63,315 nt of DNA, filler included, from Chiloscyllium plagiosum (GCF_004010195.1; 4 parts of one record of this genome joined end to end with filler, not necessarily neighbours in it); one strand, 5' to 3'. Positions 11,752 to 25,288 are shown, counted from the whole stretch's first letter. The notes: generated by a model not told the origin, from the letters alone. A program made the numbers and translations.

Positions 11752-13290
11752 CTTGATTGATTTATTGTCACGTGTACTGAAGGACAGTGCAAAGCATTGC
11801 TTAGGATCAGTACAACTAGATCATAGTGATCAAGGATGTACAGATCAAAAAGACTTGGATAGAGATATACAGGTTACACCACAGGATATAGAACATAGAA
11901 CATAGAAGAATACAGCGCAGTACAGGCCCTTCGGCCCTCGATGTTGCGCCGATCCAAGCCCACCTAACCTACACTAGCCCACTATCCTCCATATGCCTAT
12001 CCAATGCCCGCATAAATGCCCATAATGAGGGAGAGTCCACCACTGCTACTGACAGGGCATTCCATGAACTCACGACTCACTGAGTAAAGAACCTACCCCT
12101 AACATCTATCCTATACCTNNNNNNNNNNNNNNNNNNNNNNNNNNNNNNNNNNNNNNNNNNNNTTAATTAATTAANNNNNNNNNNNNNNNNNNNNNNNNNN
12201 NNNNNNNNNNNNNNNNNNCTGCAACAGCCACTCCTGTCCCTGTTCTACCCATGTCTCCGTAATAGCCACACAACATCGAAATCCCAGGTACTAACCCACG
12301 CTGCAAGTTCACCTACCTTATTTCGTATACTTCTTGCATTGAAGTATACACACTTCAAGCCACTTTCCTGTTTACAGGCACCCTCCTTTGAAATTGATGC
12401 CATGTTCCTAACCTCCCTACACTCCAGGTCCTGCACCCTAAAGCTACAGTCTGGGTTCGCATGCCCCTGCAGAGTTAGTTTAAACCACCCCCCAAGAGCA
12501 CTAGCAAACCTCCCACCAAGGATACTGGTGCCCCTCAGGTTCAGGTGCGGACCATCCTGTTTATAGAGGTCCCACCTTCCCCAGAAAGAACCCCAGTTAT
12601 CCAGATACCGGAATCCCTCCCTCCTGCCGGGTGAAATCAGTGTTAGCAAGATCGGTATTATTCAAATTAGAGAGTCTGTTCATCAGTCTACTAACAGCAT
12701 GGAGAAAGTCATTCCTGAATCTGCTGGTGCGTGCGTTCAGGTTTCTGTATCTTCTGCCTGATGGAAGAGATTGTTGGAGACCATTACCGGGGTGCAATGT
12801 TGGCAGCCTTTTCCATGACAGCAAGCTGTGCAAATGGAGTCCGTGCATGAAAGATTGGCTTCTGTGATGGTCTGGGCTGTGCACACAACTTTCTGTAGTT
12901 TCTTACGGTCCTGGGCAGAGCGGTTGCCTTATGAGGCTTTATGCACCCAGACAGAATGCTTTCAGTGGTGCATCTGTAGAAGTTGGTGAGGGTCCTTACA
13001 GACATGCCAAATTTCCTGAACCGCCTGAGGAAGAAGAGGTGTTGTTGTGCCTTCTTGACCATTGCATCTATGTGGGAAGTCCAGGACAGGTTGACGGGTA
13101 TCGTCCCTCTGAGAAACTCGACGCTCTCCAACACCTCAACCTCATTAATGTAGATCAGGGAGTGTTCTCCTCCTTCCTTTCTGAAGTCAGTGATCATTTC
13201 TATAATTTTGCCAATGTTAAGAGAGAGGTTCTTCTCATTGCACCATGCCACCGAGCCCTCTATCTCCTGCTTAGAATCCTCTGTTCTGTT
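11752..13290 (-). mobile_element. Rex1/Babar-type LINE split by a younger CR1 (11889-12628)
   Basis: WCNEKNLSLNIGK...VKKAQQHLFFLRRFRKFGMSVRTLTNFYRCTTESILSGCI; its 3' UTR resumes at 11752-11888. Confidence 0.75.
11889..12628 (-). mobile_element. Young CR1: 3' tail, gap, and ORF1/ORF2 junction
   Basis: (TAGAACA)n tail; GFRYLDNWGSFWGRWDLYKQDGPHLN (esterase DxxH) followed by YFNARSIRNKVGEL (APE start). Confidence 0.9.
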
Positions 13291-13438
13291 ATTAAAAGGA
13301 AATTGGAAAGGTCTGGTAAACAAAGATGTCTTAAGACTTACATTGAAAAACTGGTGAAACTCAAGGTGTATATTCACCATCTGTCATCCATCACATTGAT
13401 AAAAAAGTGATGACATAACATGAACATAATTGGATTAT

Positions 13439-13640
13439 GGTGTGGAGGTGCTGGTGCTGGACTGGGGTTGACAAAGTTAAAAGTCACACAACACCATCTT
13501 ATAGTCCCAACAGGTTTAATTGGAAGTCCAAGATTTCAGAGCGCTGCTCCTTCATGAGCAAGGTAACTACTTTATCAGCTCTCCGAAAGCTTGTACTTCC
13601 AAATAAATCTGTTGGACTGTAACCAGGTGTTGTGTGATTT
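13439..13640. mobile_element. PLE family-B miniature self-inverted insertion
   Basis: Minus copy then plus copy of the same terminus, pivoting at the hammerhead; exact 13-bp TSD ATAATTGGATTAT at 13426-13438 and 13641-13653. Confidence 0.8.
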
Positions 13641-14746
13641 ATAATTGGATTATAGTGAGGAATGTTGAAAATCATCAATTTCACTGTCAACCTGAAGCTA
13701 TAGGTGAGAGCTAAGAGAAGCTAAGGAGCAATTGAGGATTAGCCTTTGCAAAGATTATGACAATCCTGTCTGTGATAACCCTCTGATACACCCCTTACAC
13801 ATTTAATGAAGTAGGCAGTTAGAAGTAGAACTCCTAGAGGAATACTTTTAATGACTCATAGAGTCATACAGCATGGAAACAGACCCTTGGGTCCATGCAT
13901 ATATCCATCCAGGTCCCCTTGTTCCTGCACCCCCTTTAGCATTGTACTGTTCATTTAATATTGTTTATAATTGGTTCAGTCAGCCTGATGTAACTTTGTT
14001 TGCCTGCATCCTTACAATTTTCCAGAAAAACTGGAATTGATCACAATTTGCACCCCAAATTTGACAGGACTATCTGGAGCATGATGCACTGAGTTTCCCT
14101 TCTATCATCATGGTAGTGAGATGATAGAATGAGAATGAAGTTGTTGCTGAATCATTGCAACTGATCTCTGATATCCAAAACATCTCAGTGTGACTTGGCA
14201 CTGAGGAGGTGTTTGACCAGAGGACTGAAAGTTGAATGATTAAGAGAGTTTCTAATCTTTTTCTGAGAAAATTAATTTTGTATGTATTTCATGTTTAGTA
14301 TTTAACTGTTATTTATTGTTTAAATTCTAAATTTCATCCAGGCTTAAGTAGGGCTATAGAAAGCTCTCTACTGGAGTGCAGCTGAAGTTTGTTAATTAAG
14401 AAAACCTGCTTAAACTATTTTTTTTCCATCCCAGGGGCTGAGCTAACTCTTCAGGTTTCAAGCATATAAACTCATCTCAGTGTGACATAGCACGGAGTAT
14501 GACTTTGAACTGAGTGCTGGATATGTAAGGGACTTAGATGAAAGGGGAAGGAAATGCTCGTTTGCTTTTTCCATTTTTTTTCCCCTCTAGGGATCAGTTC
14601 TAATTTTAGTACAGAGGAAGGTGAATATGTGCTAAGTAGTTAAGGTCTTTCTAATCCTAAAGTTTAATATGGTATCGGAACTGGTGGCTTGCTGGAGAAA
14701 TTATGTAAAAAAAAGAATTGAATAACATAATTGAAGCACATTAAAG

Positions 14747-15130
14747 ATGCCAGGGCAGGTGATGTGTCAGAGCAGCGGTATGTGGGAGTGACTGGATGCC
14801 ACTCTAATCTCGGGCAACCACAATCCGCTGTGCATGTTTGCAGCTCAAGCAGCATTAGCTCAGAGTGCATGGTCTGAGCACATTATTGCAGATGGTGAGA
14901 ATAAGATCTTTACATTTAGTTATTGGACTGGATATGAAAAGGGGGTTATGACAGCAAATCAGGCAGGAAAGGGGGCAAGAGGGCAGGGGTGCCGGAGGTG
15001 CAGTGTTTGAAATTGTCCACTAGGTTTGGGGTTCCTATAGTGTGGTTGGATGAGAGTGTGGGCTGAATGGTGAATAAACTAACTGACCATGAGAATCCAT
15101 TCAAGTGGCTAGGTACCAATGCCATAGCTA
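14747..15130 (+). mobile_element. Old CR1 ORF1 remnant (zinc-finger / coiled-coil start)
   Basis: MPGQVMCQSSGMWE* followed by LQLKQH*LRV, resembling the CR1 ORF1 N-terminus at 57602. Confidence 0.45.
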
Positions 15131-15711
15131 GAAAAACACTCAAACATATGAAACAGGATCAGAACTAGACCATTCAGCCCATTGAGGGAGTACTCTGTCA
15201 TTTAATGAGATTGTGGCTGATCAGTTTATGTTTTGAATTCTATATTCCCATCTACCCCCTATAATCCTGATTCCCTTCTTAGGAAAAATCTATCTAACTT
15301 TGCTGTAAAAATATACACTGACTTCTTCCTTCATGAGACACCTTCCTGCCTATCTTTGTGTCATCTGTAAATTTACCTTCACTTCCTTCATCTGAGTCAT
15401 TGATGTAAATTATAAACAGTTGATGTCCTAGCACAGACCCATGAGGGTCTCCACTCGTTAGCAGGATTCAATCAGATTAAAACCCATTTCTGTATATTAG
15501 AGTCATCGAGTCATACAACATGAAAACAGGACCCTTCAGTCCACCAGGCCATTTGGACCATAAACCCAAACTAAACTGGTCACACATACCTGCAGTTGGC
15601 CCATATCCCTCCATGGCGTAAGTGAGGACTGCAGATGCTGAAAATTAGAGTTGAGAGTGCGGTGCTGGAAAAGCACAGCAGGTCAGGCAGTATCCGAGGA
15701 GCAGGAGAATT

Positions 15712-15739
15712 GATGTTTCAGGCAAAAGTCCTTCATCAG
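15712..15739 (-). ncRNA. Hammerhead motif (PLE family A, slightly decayed)
   Basis: Reverse complement: CTGATGA-AGGAC TTTT GCCT-GAAA-CA-TC. Confidence 0.65.
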
Positions 15740-16173
15740 GTTTGAGGCTGTGAGCCAAGGGGGTGGAGACATAAATGGCAGAGCATGGGGCTGGGGAAAA
15801 GGTAGCTGAGAGTGCGATAGGTGAATGGAAGTAGGGTAAAGGTGATAGGTCGGAAGGGAGGATGGAGTGGATAGGTGGGAAGGAAGATGGACAGGTAGGA
15901 CAGGGCCATGAGGCTGGTGCTGAGCTGGAAGGCTGGATCTAGGATAAGGTGAGGGGGGGGGGAGGGGAAATGAGGAAACTGGTGATATCCACATTGATGA
16001 CATGGGGTTGGAGGGTCCATAGGCGGAAGATGAGATGCTCTTCCTCCAGGCAACGGGTGGTTTGGGAGTGGCGATGGGTCAGCCGATGCCTGGAGGAAGA
16101 ATGTCTCATCTTCCACATCAGGACCCTCCAACCCCATGGCATCAATGTGGACTTCACCACTTTCAGCCTCATC

Positions 16174-16201
16174 CTGATGAAGGGCTTTTGCCCGAAACCT
16201 C
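16174..16201 (+). ncRNA. Hammerhead motif (PLE family A)
   Basis: CTGATGA-AGGGC TTTT GCCC-GAAA-CC-TC. Confidence 0.75.
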
Positions 16202-16879
16202 GACTCTCCTGCTCCTTGGATGCTGCCTGATCTGCTGTGGTTTTCCAGCACCACACTCTTGACCATAGCCCTCCAAACCTTTCCTATTCATGTACCTATC
16301 CAAATGTCTTTTAAACATTATAACTGTGCTCAAATCCACCACTCCCTCTAGCAGATCATTCCACACACGAACCAATCTGTGTGTAAAAATGTTGCCTGTC
16401 ATGTTTTTTGTAAAATGTTTCTCCTCTTACCTTCAAAATATACCCCTTGTCTTGAAATCCTCCATCCTGAGGAAAATATACTACCATTCACCTTATCTAT
16501 CCCCCTCATAATTTTATAAATCTCTATAAAGTCACCCATTGACCTCCTACGCTCCCAGTCTATCCAGCCTCTAGTTATAACTCAAACCCTCCATTCCAGA
16601 CAAAATCCTGGTAAATCTTTTCTGAACCCTCTTCAGCTTAATAACATCCTTCCTATAGCAAGACAACGAGAACTGGACACAGTGCTTCAGATGAGGCCTA
16701 ACCAACATCCAATCCAACCTCAATACGACATCCCAACATCTATACTCAAAGGTTTGAGCAATGAAGGCAAACATACTAAATGCCTTCTTACCCACTCTGT
16801 CTATATGTTGTATAAACTTCAGAGACTTATGCAGCTGAAGATCTCAATACCTCTGTTATGCAACACTGACAGAGAGGAT

Positions 16880-19800
16880 TGAGGACGGACAGTGTTTGTT
16901 GTCTATGTAGACTTCAAGCTGGTCGGTGGGGTTCCGCTTGGTGGACTAGTTGGTGGGGTTGGATCACGTGGAATGCAGGGAGAGCTAGCCATTTGGATGC
17001 AGGATTGACATGAAGGTAGGAGACAGCATGATGGTGCAGGGTTGCTTTTCAGTCTGTCCAGTGATGTGTCGCAAGGAGTCCACACCATTTTGTCATTTAT
17101 ATAAATGGTTTGGAAGTTAATATAGGAGGTAGGGTTACTGAGTTTGCAGATGACAACAAAATTGGTGGACAGCAAGGAAGGTTATCTCAGAGTATAACGG
17201 GACTATGATCAGATGGGCAATGAGTGGCAGATGGAGTTTAATTTAGATGAATGTGAGGTGTTGCATTTTGAAAAAGCTAATCAGGGCAGGACTTATACAC
17301 TTAATAGTAAGGTCCTGGAAGGGTTGCTGAACAGAGTCCCTTGTAGGTTCATAGTTCCTTGAATATGGAGTGGCAGATAGTGAAGAAGGCATTTAGTATG
17401 CTTGCCTTTATGTGGAGTTTTATGATGTGGAGTCTGTGTGGGTGGAGCTGAGGAACCACAAAGGCAAAAAAAAACCATAGAGGGAGTTATGTACAGACCT
17501 CCCAACAGTGGTCAGGACCAGGGGCGCAACATGTACCGGGAAACAGATAGGGCATGTCAGAAAGGCAAGGTCACGGTGATCATGGGGGACTTCAATATGC
17601 AGGTGGACTGGGTGAATAATGTTGCCGGTGGATCCAAAGAAAGGGAATTCATGGAATGCTTACAGGCTGGCTTTTAGGAACAGCTTGTGATTGAGCCCAC
17701 AAGGGAGCAGGCTATTCTGGACTACATACTATGTAATGAGCCAGACTTTATAAACGATCTTAAAGTAAGGGAATACTTAGGAGGCAGCGATCATAATAGG
17801 AAATGTATTAAAGAAAAAGAGAGATCCGATAAAGTGGCCAAGGCACTGGGAAATCAGAAGATTGGGAAGGCTACAAAAGCAAACACAGGATAACAAAGAG
17901 AGAAATAAGGAAGGAGAGGATCAAATATGAAGGTAGGCTAGCCAGTAATATTAGAAATGATAGTAAATGTTTCTGTCAATACATAAGAAACAAACGAGAG
18001 GCAAAAGTAGAAATTGGGCTGCTCCAAATTGATGCACGAAGGCTTGTGCTGGGAGATAAGGAAATCGCAGAAGAACTTAATAAATACTTTGTGTCAGTCT
18101 TCACAGTGGAAGACATGAATAATATCCCAACAATTAAGAAGAGTGAGGGGCAGCGTTGAGTATGGTAGCCATTACAAAACAGGAAGTGCTAGAAAAGCTA
18201 AAAGGTCTAAAAATTGATAAATCTCCTGGCCCTGATGGGTGACATCCCAGAGTTCTGAGGGAGGTGGCTGAGGAAATAGCGGAGGCGTTGACTGTGATCT
18301 TTCAAAAATCACTGGAGTCAGGGCAAGTCCCAGATAATTGGAAAATCGCTTTTGTAACCTGTTGTTCAAGAAAGGATCAAGACAAAACATGGAAAATTAT
18401 AGGCTGATTAGCCCAATCTCGGTTGGAGGTAAAATTCTAGAATCGATGGTTAAGGATGACATTTCTAAATTCTTGGAAGTGCAGGATTGGATTAGAACAA
18501 GTCAACATGGATTTAGTAAGGGGTGGTCATGCCTGTCAAACCTGTTAGAATTCTTTGAAGTGGTAACAAGTGGGTTAGACCAGAGAAACCCAGTGGATGT
18601 GGTCTATCTAGACTTCCAAAAGGCCTTTGATAAGGTGCCACACGGGAGGCTGCTGAGCAAGGTGAGGGCCCATGGTGTTCGAGGTGAGCTACTGGTATGG
18701 ATTGAGGATTGGCTGTCTGACAGAAGGCAGAGAGTTGGGATAAAAGGTTCTTTTTAGGAATGGCAGCCGGTGACAAGCGGTGTCCCGCAGGATTCAGTGT
18801 TGGTGCTGCAGCTGTTCACGTTATATATTAATGATCTGGATGAAGGGACTGGGGGCATTCTAGCGAAGCTGGCCAACGATACAAAGTTAGGTGGACAGGC
18901 AGGTAGTACTGAGGGGGTGGGGAGGCTGCAGAAAGATTTAGACAGTTTAGGAGAGTGGTCCAGGAAATGCCTGATGAAATTCAATGTGAGCAAGTGTGAG
19001 GTCTTGCACTTTGGAGAAAAGAATACAGGCATGGACTATTGTTTTAAATCAGTGAGAAAATTCATAATGCCAAAGTACAAAGGGATCTGGGAGTGCTATC
19101 CAGGATTCTCTAAAGATTGATTTGCCGGTTGAGTCGGTGATTAAGAAAGCAAATGTAATGTTGTCATTTATCTCAAGAGGGTTGGAATATAAAAGCGATG
19201 TGCTTCCGAGACTTTGTAAAGCTCTGATTAGGTCCCATTTGGAGTACTGTGTCCAATTTTGGGCCCCACACCTCAGGAAGGACATACTGGCACTGAAGTG
19301 TGACTAACAGAGATTCACACGGATATCCCTGGAATGGTAGGCCTTACATCCGATGAACAGGTGAGGATCCTGGGATTGTATTCATTAGAGTTTAGAAGGA
19401 TGAGGGGAGATCTCATAGAAACTTGCAAGATAATACATGACGTAGAAAGGGTGGGCGCTGGGAAATTGTTTCCGTTAGATGGGGAGACTAGGACTCATGG
19501 GCATAGCCTTAAAACTAGAAGGGGTCAATTTAGAATGGAAGACATTTCTTCAGCCAGAGAGTGCTGGGCCAGTGGAATTCATTGCCACAGAGCGCATTGG
19601 AGGCGGGGACCTTAATGTCTTCAATGCAGAGATTAATAGAGGATCTCGCAAGGAATTAAGGGATACTGGGAGAGTGCGGGTAAGTGGGGTTGAAACGCCC
19701 ATCAGCCATGATTAAATGGCAGTGTGGACATGATGGGCCGAATGGCCTTGCTTCCACTCCTATGTCTTATGGTCTTTATTTGTCAGTGCATTGAGTACAG

Positions 19801-20370
19801 GAGTTGGGAGAACGTGTTGTGAATGTACAGGCCACCTTTGGAATACTGCATGCAATTTTGGTCTCCCTCCTATAGGAAAGATGTAGTGAAACTTGAAAGG
19901 GTTCAGAAAAAATTTACAAGTTTGTTGCCAGGATTGGAGGATTTGAGCTATAGGGAGAGGCTGAACAGGCTGGGGCTGTTTTGCATGGAATGTCGGAGGC
20001 TGAGGGGTGACCTTATAGAGGTTTATAAAATCATGAGGGGCATGGATTGGGTGATCAGTCAGGATCTTTTCCCCAGTGTAAGTGAATCCAAACTCGAGAG
20101 CAAAGGTTTAAAGTGAGGGGGCAAGATTTAAAAGGGACCTAAGGAGCAACCTTTTCACGCAGAGGGTAGTGTGTGTATGGAATGAGCTGCCAAAGGTGGT
20201 GGTGGAGGCTGGTACAATTGCGAGATTTAAAAGCCATCTAGATTGGTATATGAATGGGAAGGGTTTAGAGGGATGCTGGCAAATGGGACTGGTTTAATTT
20301 CGGATATCTGGTCAGCATGGACGGGTTGGACTGAAGGGTCTGTTTCTGTGCTGTACATCTCTATGACTAT
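16880..20370 (+). mobile_element. Older CR1 (16880-17411 and 19774-20370) with a CR1 ORF2 nested at 17412-19773
   Basis: Nested copy runs from APE (VMYRPPN, IMGDFN) through RT (YLDFQKAFDKVPH) to 3' UTR; host reading resumes across a CTTTAT duplication at 17406-17411 and 19774-19779. Confidence 0.85.
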
Positions 20371-21990
20371 GACTACCCAGGGCCCTGTGGTTAATTGTAT
20401 AAGTCCTGCCCTTGTTTGTTTTAACAAAATACAATACCTCGTATTAATCCAGATTAAACTCCATCTGCCATTCCTCAGCTCATTGGCCCAATTGATCAAG
20501 ATCTCTTTGAATTCTTAGATAACCTTCTTCACTTTCTACTACACCACAATTTTGGTGTCATCCACAAACTTACTAAATCATTTATATAAATGACAAACAA
20601 AAGTAGACCAAGTACCGACCCCCCCCCGCAAAAGACCTCCAGTCCAGAAAACAGCCCTGCACCAGCCGCCTCTCTCTCTCTTATTGTTTAGCCAATTGGC
20701 AAGCTCACCCTGACGAATCAGTCTACCATGTGGAATCTTGTCAAAGGCATTACTGAAGTCCATGTAAACAATGTCTACCTCTCTGCCCTCATCAATCTTC
20801 TTGGTTACTTCCTCAAACAACTCAATCAATTTTGTGAGACATGCTTTCCCATGCACAAAACCATGCTGACTATCCCAAATCAGTCCTTGCCTAAACAAAT
20901 GCACGTAAATCCTATCTTTCAGAATCACCTCCATCAACTTACCCATCACCGAAATCAAGCTCACTTAAATACCTTTTTCAACAATGGCACAACATTAGCT
21001 ACTCTCCAGTCATCAGGTACCTCACTCATAGATATAGATGACACAAATATTTCTGCAAGGGGTATCGCAAATTCGTCCCTAACTTCTTCCAACATTCTGG
21101 GATACACCAGATCAGGTCCTGAAGATTATCCACTTTGTATTTTCTAAGACCTCCAGCACATCCTCTTCTGTAATGTGAATTGCTTTCAAAACATCAGTGC
21201 AGGTATTTATTTCCCAGAGTTCTCTAGCCTCCATTTCTTTCTCCACAGTAAAAACTGACACAAAATATTGACTTAATATCTGTTTCATTTCCTGAGGTTG
21301 ACAGAAAGATGACCCTTTTGATCTCTAAGGGGCCCTATATTCCCTGATTTCTGGCAGCCCATCAATCTTCTATCTCTGATAATTTTACCCTTACTTGATA
21401 ATTTTTAATTTTCACAATAATTTGGATCTGGCATCTTCAGAAATGTCTCCTGCAAATCCAAGGCATAGAGTCGACAACTTCCCCTTTGGCTACAACGCGT
21501 GTTACTTCTTCAAAGAACTCCAATAAACCGATTAAATGTGAGTTTGCTTTGATGAAAGCATACTGATCCGTCCTCGTTACCTTGAGATTTTCTACAAGCA
21601 CAGCTATAAAGTCTGTAATGATCAATTCTAACATCTTCCCTATCGCACATGCCAAAGTAACTGGGCCTAAAATTTCCTATGTCTCCATCCCTCCCTCATC
21701 AGATAGAGGGCTAATATTTGCTACTTGCAGTCCAGTGGATTTTTTTCTGAATCTAGGAAATTTTGGAACATTACCACCATTGCATCTGCTAGTTTATAAG
21801 TAACCCCTGTAAAGACCCTGGAATGAATTCCACCTGAAACTGAAGGCTTGCTAGTCCATACATCCATCAGTCTGCTTAGTACAGCTTCTCTTACTAGGTA
21901 CCTCTGTCAATTCTACCTCCTGATTTAAACCAATTCTAGAACATATTTGTATCCTCCTATAGTGAAGACAGAAACAAAGTATTACAAATA
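20371..21990 (-). mobile_element. CR1 RT fragments
   Basis: SQHGFVHGKACLTKLIELFEEVTKKIDEGREVDIVYMDFSNAFDKIPH, plus a second older copy at 21437-21990. Confidence 0.8.
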
Positions 21991-22197
21991 AAATGAGGAA
22001 AGAGATGCTGCACAATGACTATGAGGAGCCAGGCATTACATTAAGAAGCAGAACCTCAAAGGTAAGAATCTCTGGGTTATTATCATGTAACCTGAATTTA
22101 CGGCAAATAATATTGGCAAAATGAAGGCATGGTTCAAATACTGGTGTCCATGGGTCGCTGGCTCCAGTACTAGGGAAGGGTTGGAACTATATCATTG

Positions 22198-22279
22198 AGG
22201 AGAAAGTGAGGACTGCAGATGCTGGAGATCAGAGCTGAAAATGTGTTGCTGGAAAAGCGCAGCAGGTCAGGCAGCATCC
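22198..22279 (-). mobile_element. PLE family-A 3' terminus running into a gap
   Basis: ggagaaagtgaggactgcagatgctggagatcagagctg, nearly identical to the reverse complement of 41040-41118. Confidence 0.8.
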
Positions 22280-22379
22280 NNNNNNNNNNNNNNNNNNNNN
22301 NNNNNNNNNNNNNNNNNNNNNNNTTAATTAATTAANNNNNNNNNNNNNNNNNNNNNNNNNNNNNNNNNNNNNNNNNNNN

Positions 22380-22706
22380 GGGTATGTTCTTTACTCAGCG
22401 AGTCGTGAGTTCATGGACTGCCCTGCCAGTAGCAGTGGTGGACTCTCCCTCATTATGGGCATTTAAGCGGGCATTGGATAGGCATATGGAGGATAGTGGG
22501 CTAGTGTAGTTTAGGTGGGCTTGGATCGGTGCAACATCGAGGGCCAAAGGGCCTGTACTGCGCTGTATTCTTCTATGTTCTATGTTCTATGAGTTGCATA
22601 AGGGAAGTTTTGATCTTTTAAACGCAACATCGAGGGCCAAAGGGCCTGTACTGCGCTGTATTCTTCTATGTTCTATGTTCTATGAGTTGCATAAGGGAAG
22701 TTTTGA
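22380..22706 (+). mobile_element. Young CR1 3' end with a local duplication of its tail
   Basis: (TTCTATG)n tail; 22531-22613 is repeated at 22624-22706. Confidence 0.8.
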
Positions 22707-22845
22707 GTCTTTTAAACTAATAGTGGAGCAAAGCTCAGATTTGGGAAGATTTGTTAAATCAAAGAGTAATGATAAGGCAAAAGGGAAAGATACTAGTAGT
22801 GAAAATAATAAACTGACCATGACAGGAAGGGATAGTGAGTACAAA

Positions 22846-24005
22846 TCTCTATGTGCAGCGCGACATAGACAGGATGCAGAGCTGGGCTGAGAAATGGCAG
22901 ATGGAGTTCAACCTGGATAAATGCGAAGTGATGCATTTTGGTAGGTTGAACGCGAATGCTGAATATAGGATTAAAGACAGGATTCTTGGCAGTGTGAAGG
23001 GACCTTGGTGTTCAAATACATAAATCCCTCAAAGTTGCCACCCAAGTGGATGGTTGTTAAGAAAGCATAGTTCTGGTCGCCCTACTATAGGAAAGATACA
23101 GAGGCTTTGGAGAGGGTGCAAAGAAGGTTTACCAGGATGCTGCCTGGACTGGAGGGCTTGTCTTATGAAGAGAGGTTGACTGAGCTTGGACTTTTCTCTC
23201 TGGAGAGAAGGAGGAAGAGAGGTGACCTGATCGAGGTATGCAAGGTAATGAGAGGCATGGATAGAGTCAGTAGGAGCATTGGAGGCTGAGGGGTGACCTT
23301 ATAGAGGTTTACAAAATTATGAGGGACATGGAAATGGTAAATAGGCAAAGTCTTTTCCCTGGAGTCAGGGAGTCCAGAACTAGAGGACATAGGTTTAGTG
23401 TGAGAGAGGAAAGATTAAAAGAGACCTAAGGGGCAACTTTTTCACGCAGAGGGTGGTCCTCGTTGGAATGAGCTGCCAGAGGATGTGGTGGAGGCTGGTA
23501 CAATTGCAACATTTAAGAGGCATTTGGATGGATATATGAATAGGAAGGGTTTGGAGGGATATGGGCTGTCTGCTGAGAGGTGGAACTAGATTGGGTTGGG
23601 ATATCTGGTTGGCATGGATGGAATGGACCAAAGGGTCTGTTTCCATGCTGTTCATCTCTATGACTATGATTCTAATAGCCAGAGACTTTTCCCCAGGGCA
23701 GGATTGACAGGGATGAGGAGTCATGGTTTTAAGATATTAGGAGGAAGGTATAGAGGAGACATCAAGGTATAGAGGTAGGTTCTTTACGCAGAGAGTTGTG
23801 AATGCATGGAATGTGTTGCCAGCTGTGGTGGTGGAAGCGAAGTCATTGGGGACATTTAAGCTACTGCTGGACATGCACATGGATAGTAGAGAATTGAGGG
23901 GTGAGCACGTTAAGTTATTATATTTTATGTTAGGATTAATCCTCGGCACAACATCGTAGGCTGAAGGGCCTGTTCTGTGCTGGACTTTTCTATGTTTTAT
24001 GTTCT
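22846..24005 (+). mobile_element. CR1 3' fragment with a second CR1 nested at about 23272-23672
   Basis: ERVQRRFTRMLPGLEGLSYEERL; host resumes at atagccagagact after the nested copy's tail. Confidence 0.8.
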
Positions 24006-25125
24006 CAGAAAAATCAGCAGATTTAGAGGTTAGAGGCTACAAAAATAAGAAAAAAGAGGCATATTTAATGGTATCTGTATCTGATGCATGCAGCATTTGA
24101 AATAAAACAGATGAACTGATGGCACAAATAGAAATAAATAAGTTCAATCTGATAACTGTTCCAGGGCGATGGCTGTCAGATAGCATCAATTGGGACCTGA
24201 ATATTGAAGGGTACATGACATTTTGGACAGACAGGATACTCGGAAAGGGGGAGGAATGACTGTTAATTAGTGATGGTATTAGCTCAATAGCGAGGGATGA
24301 TTTAGCTTCAAGAAATTAGTTTGGATAGAGATGAGAAATGATAAAGGCAAGAAGTGATTTGAGACAATGGTGTCCAGCCTCCCTAATAGTAACCCCACAG
24401 CAGAATGAAGTAGAGACAAAGAAGTTATGGGAAATCTTCAGAAAGAAGCAGTGGCAGGCAGGAGGGATTTTAACCTGCACATAGACAGGAAAAATCAGCT
24501 CGGCAAAAGTACCCCAGGTTACAGGTTAATAGAATGTTTACCAGATAGTTTCTGAGAACAGCATCATTTTGACCTAATTAAACGGGAGGCTTTACTAGAT
24601 CTGGTATTGTGCACTGACATTGGATTAATTAGTAACCTCATGGTCGAGGTGCCTCTCGGTTGTGGTGGTCATAAAATCATTGAATTTTGTATTCAGTTTG
24701 AGGGAAAGAGGTGTGGGTCCAAGACTAATATTTCAAACTTAAATAAGGACAATTTTGAGGCCATATAAATAGGGCTAACTAAAGGGATATTTCAGAGTAT
24801 ACACTGCACATATATTCTATTGAGAAATAAAAATTCCAAGGGGAGCATTATTCATGGTTATTGCAAAAGGTTAAAGATATTTTTAAAACTTGCATGGAAT
24901 TATGCAAAAATCAATAGTCAGAAGATTAGACAGAATATGAAAAAAAGCAAAGAATGATAAAGAATTAATAAAAATTAAGTGAAAAAAGCATATGAGAAAA
25001 ATAATAGTCAAAAATATTTTAAAATTTAAAGAGTTAATGAAGGAAGCATTAATTCAATTCAAAATCATTTTGGGGAATTGATCGGAAAATACGGAGGTGA
25101 TTGATGAATTCGACAGGTATTTTGT

Positions 25126-25245
25126 ATTAGGAGAAAGTGAGGACTGCAAATGCTGGAGATCAGAGTCAAGAGAGTGGTGCTGGAAAAGCGCAGCAGTTCG
25201 GGCAGCAACCGAGAAGCAGGAGAATCAACATTTTGGGCAAAAGCC
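25126..25245 (-). mobile_element. PLE family-A 120-bp terminus insertion
   Basis: 12-bp TSD CAGGTATTTTGT at 25114-25125 and 25246-25257; 5'-truncated within hammerhead stem II. Confidence 0.85.
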
Positions 25246-25288
25246 CAGGTATTTTGTTTTGGTCTTCACCACAGAGAACGGAAATAAT

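Larger units (their letters stand above)
15614..16262. mobile_element. PLE family-A insertion with inverted termini
   Basis: Minus terminus and endonuclease C-end, then plus copy (CLEEECLIFHIRTLQPHGINVDFT); 13-bp TSD CCATAT/GCCCTCCA at 15601-15613 and 16263-16275 with 1 mismatch. Confidence 0.85.
15145..16870 (-). mobile_element. CR1 3' fragments, hosting the PLE insertion at 15614-16262
   Basis: LVRPHLKHCVQFSLSCYRKDVIKLKRVQKRF; CR1-type tails near 15145 and 15498. Confidence 0.8.

Noticed and set aside
12163..12174. TTAATTAATTAA centred in a 100-bp N run (also 22324-22335 and 37750-37761)
   Set aside because: Identical six-frame-stop spacer in equal-length gaps; an assembly linker, not biology
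22531..22717. 93-bp tandem duplication of a CR1 tail plus flank
   Set aside because: Near-exact and close to a gap; probably an assembly artefact unless reads confirm it
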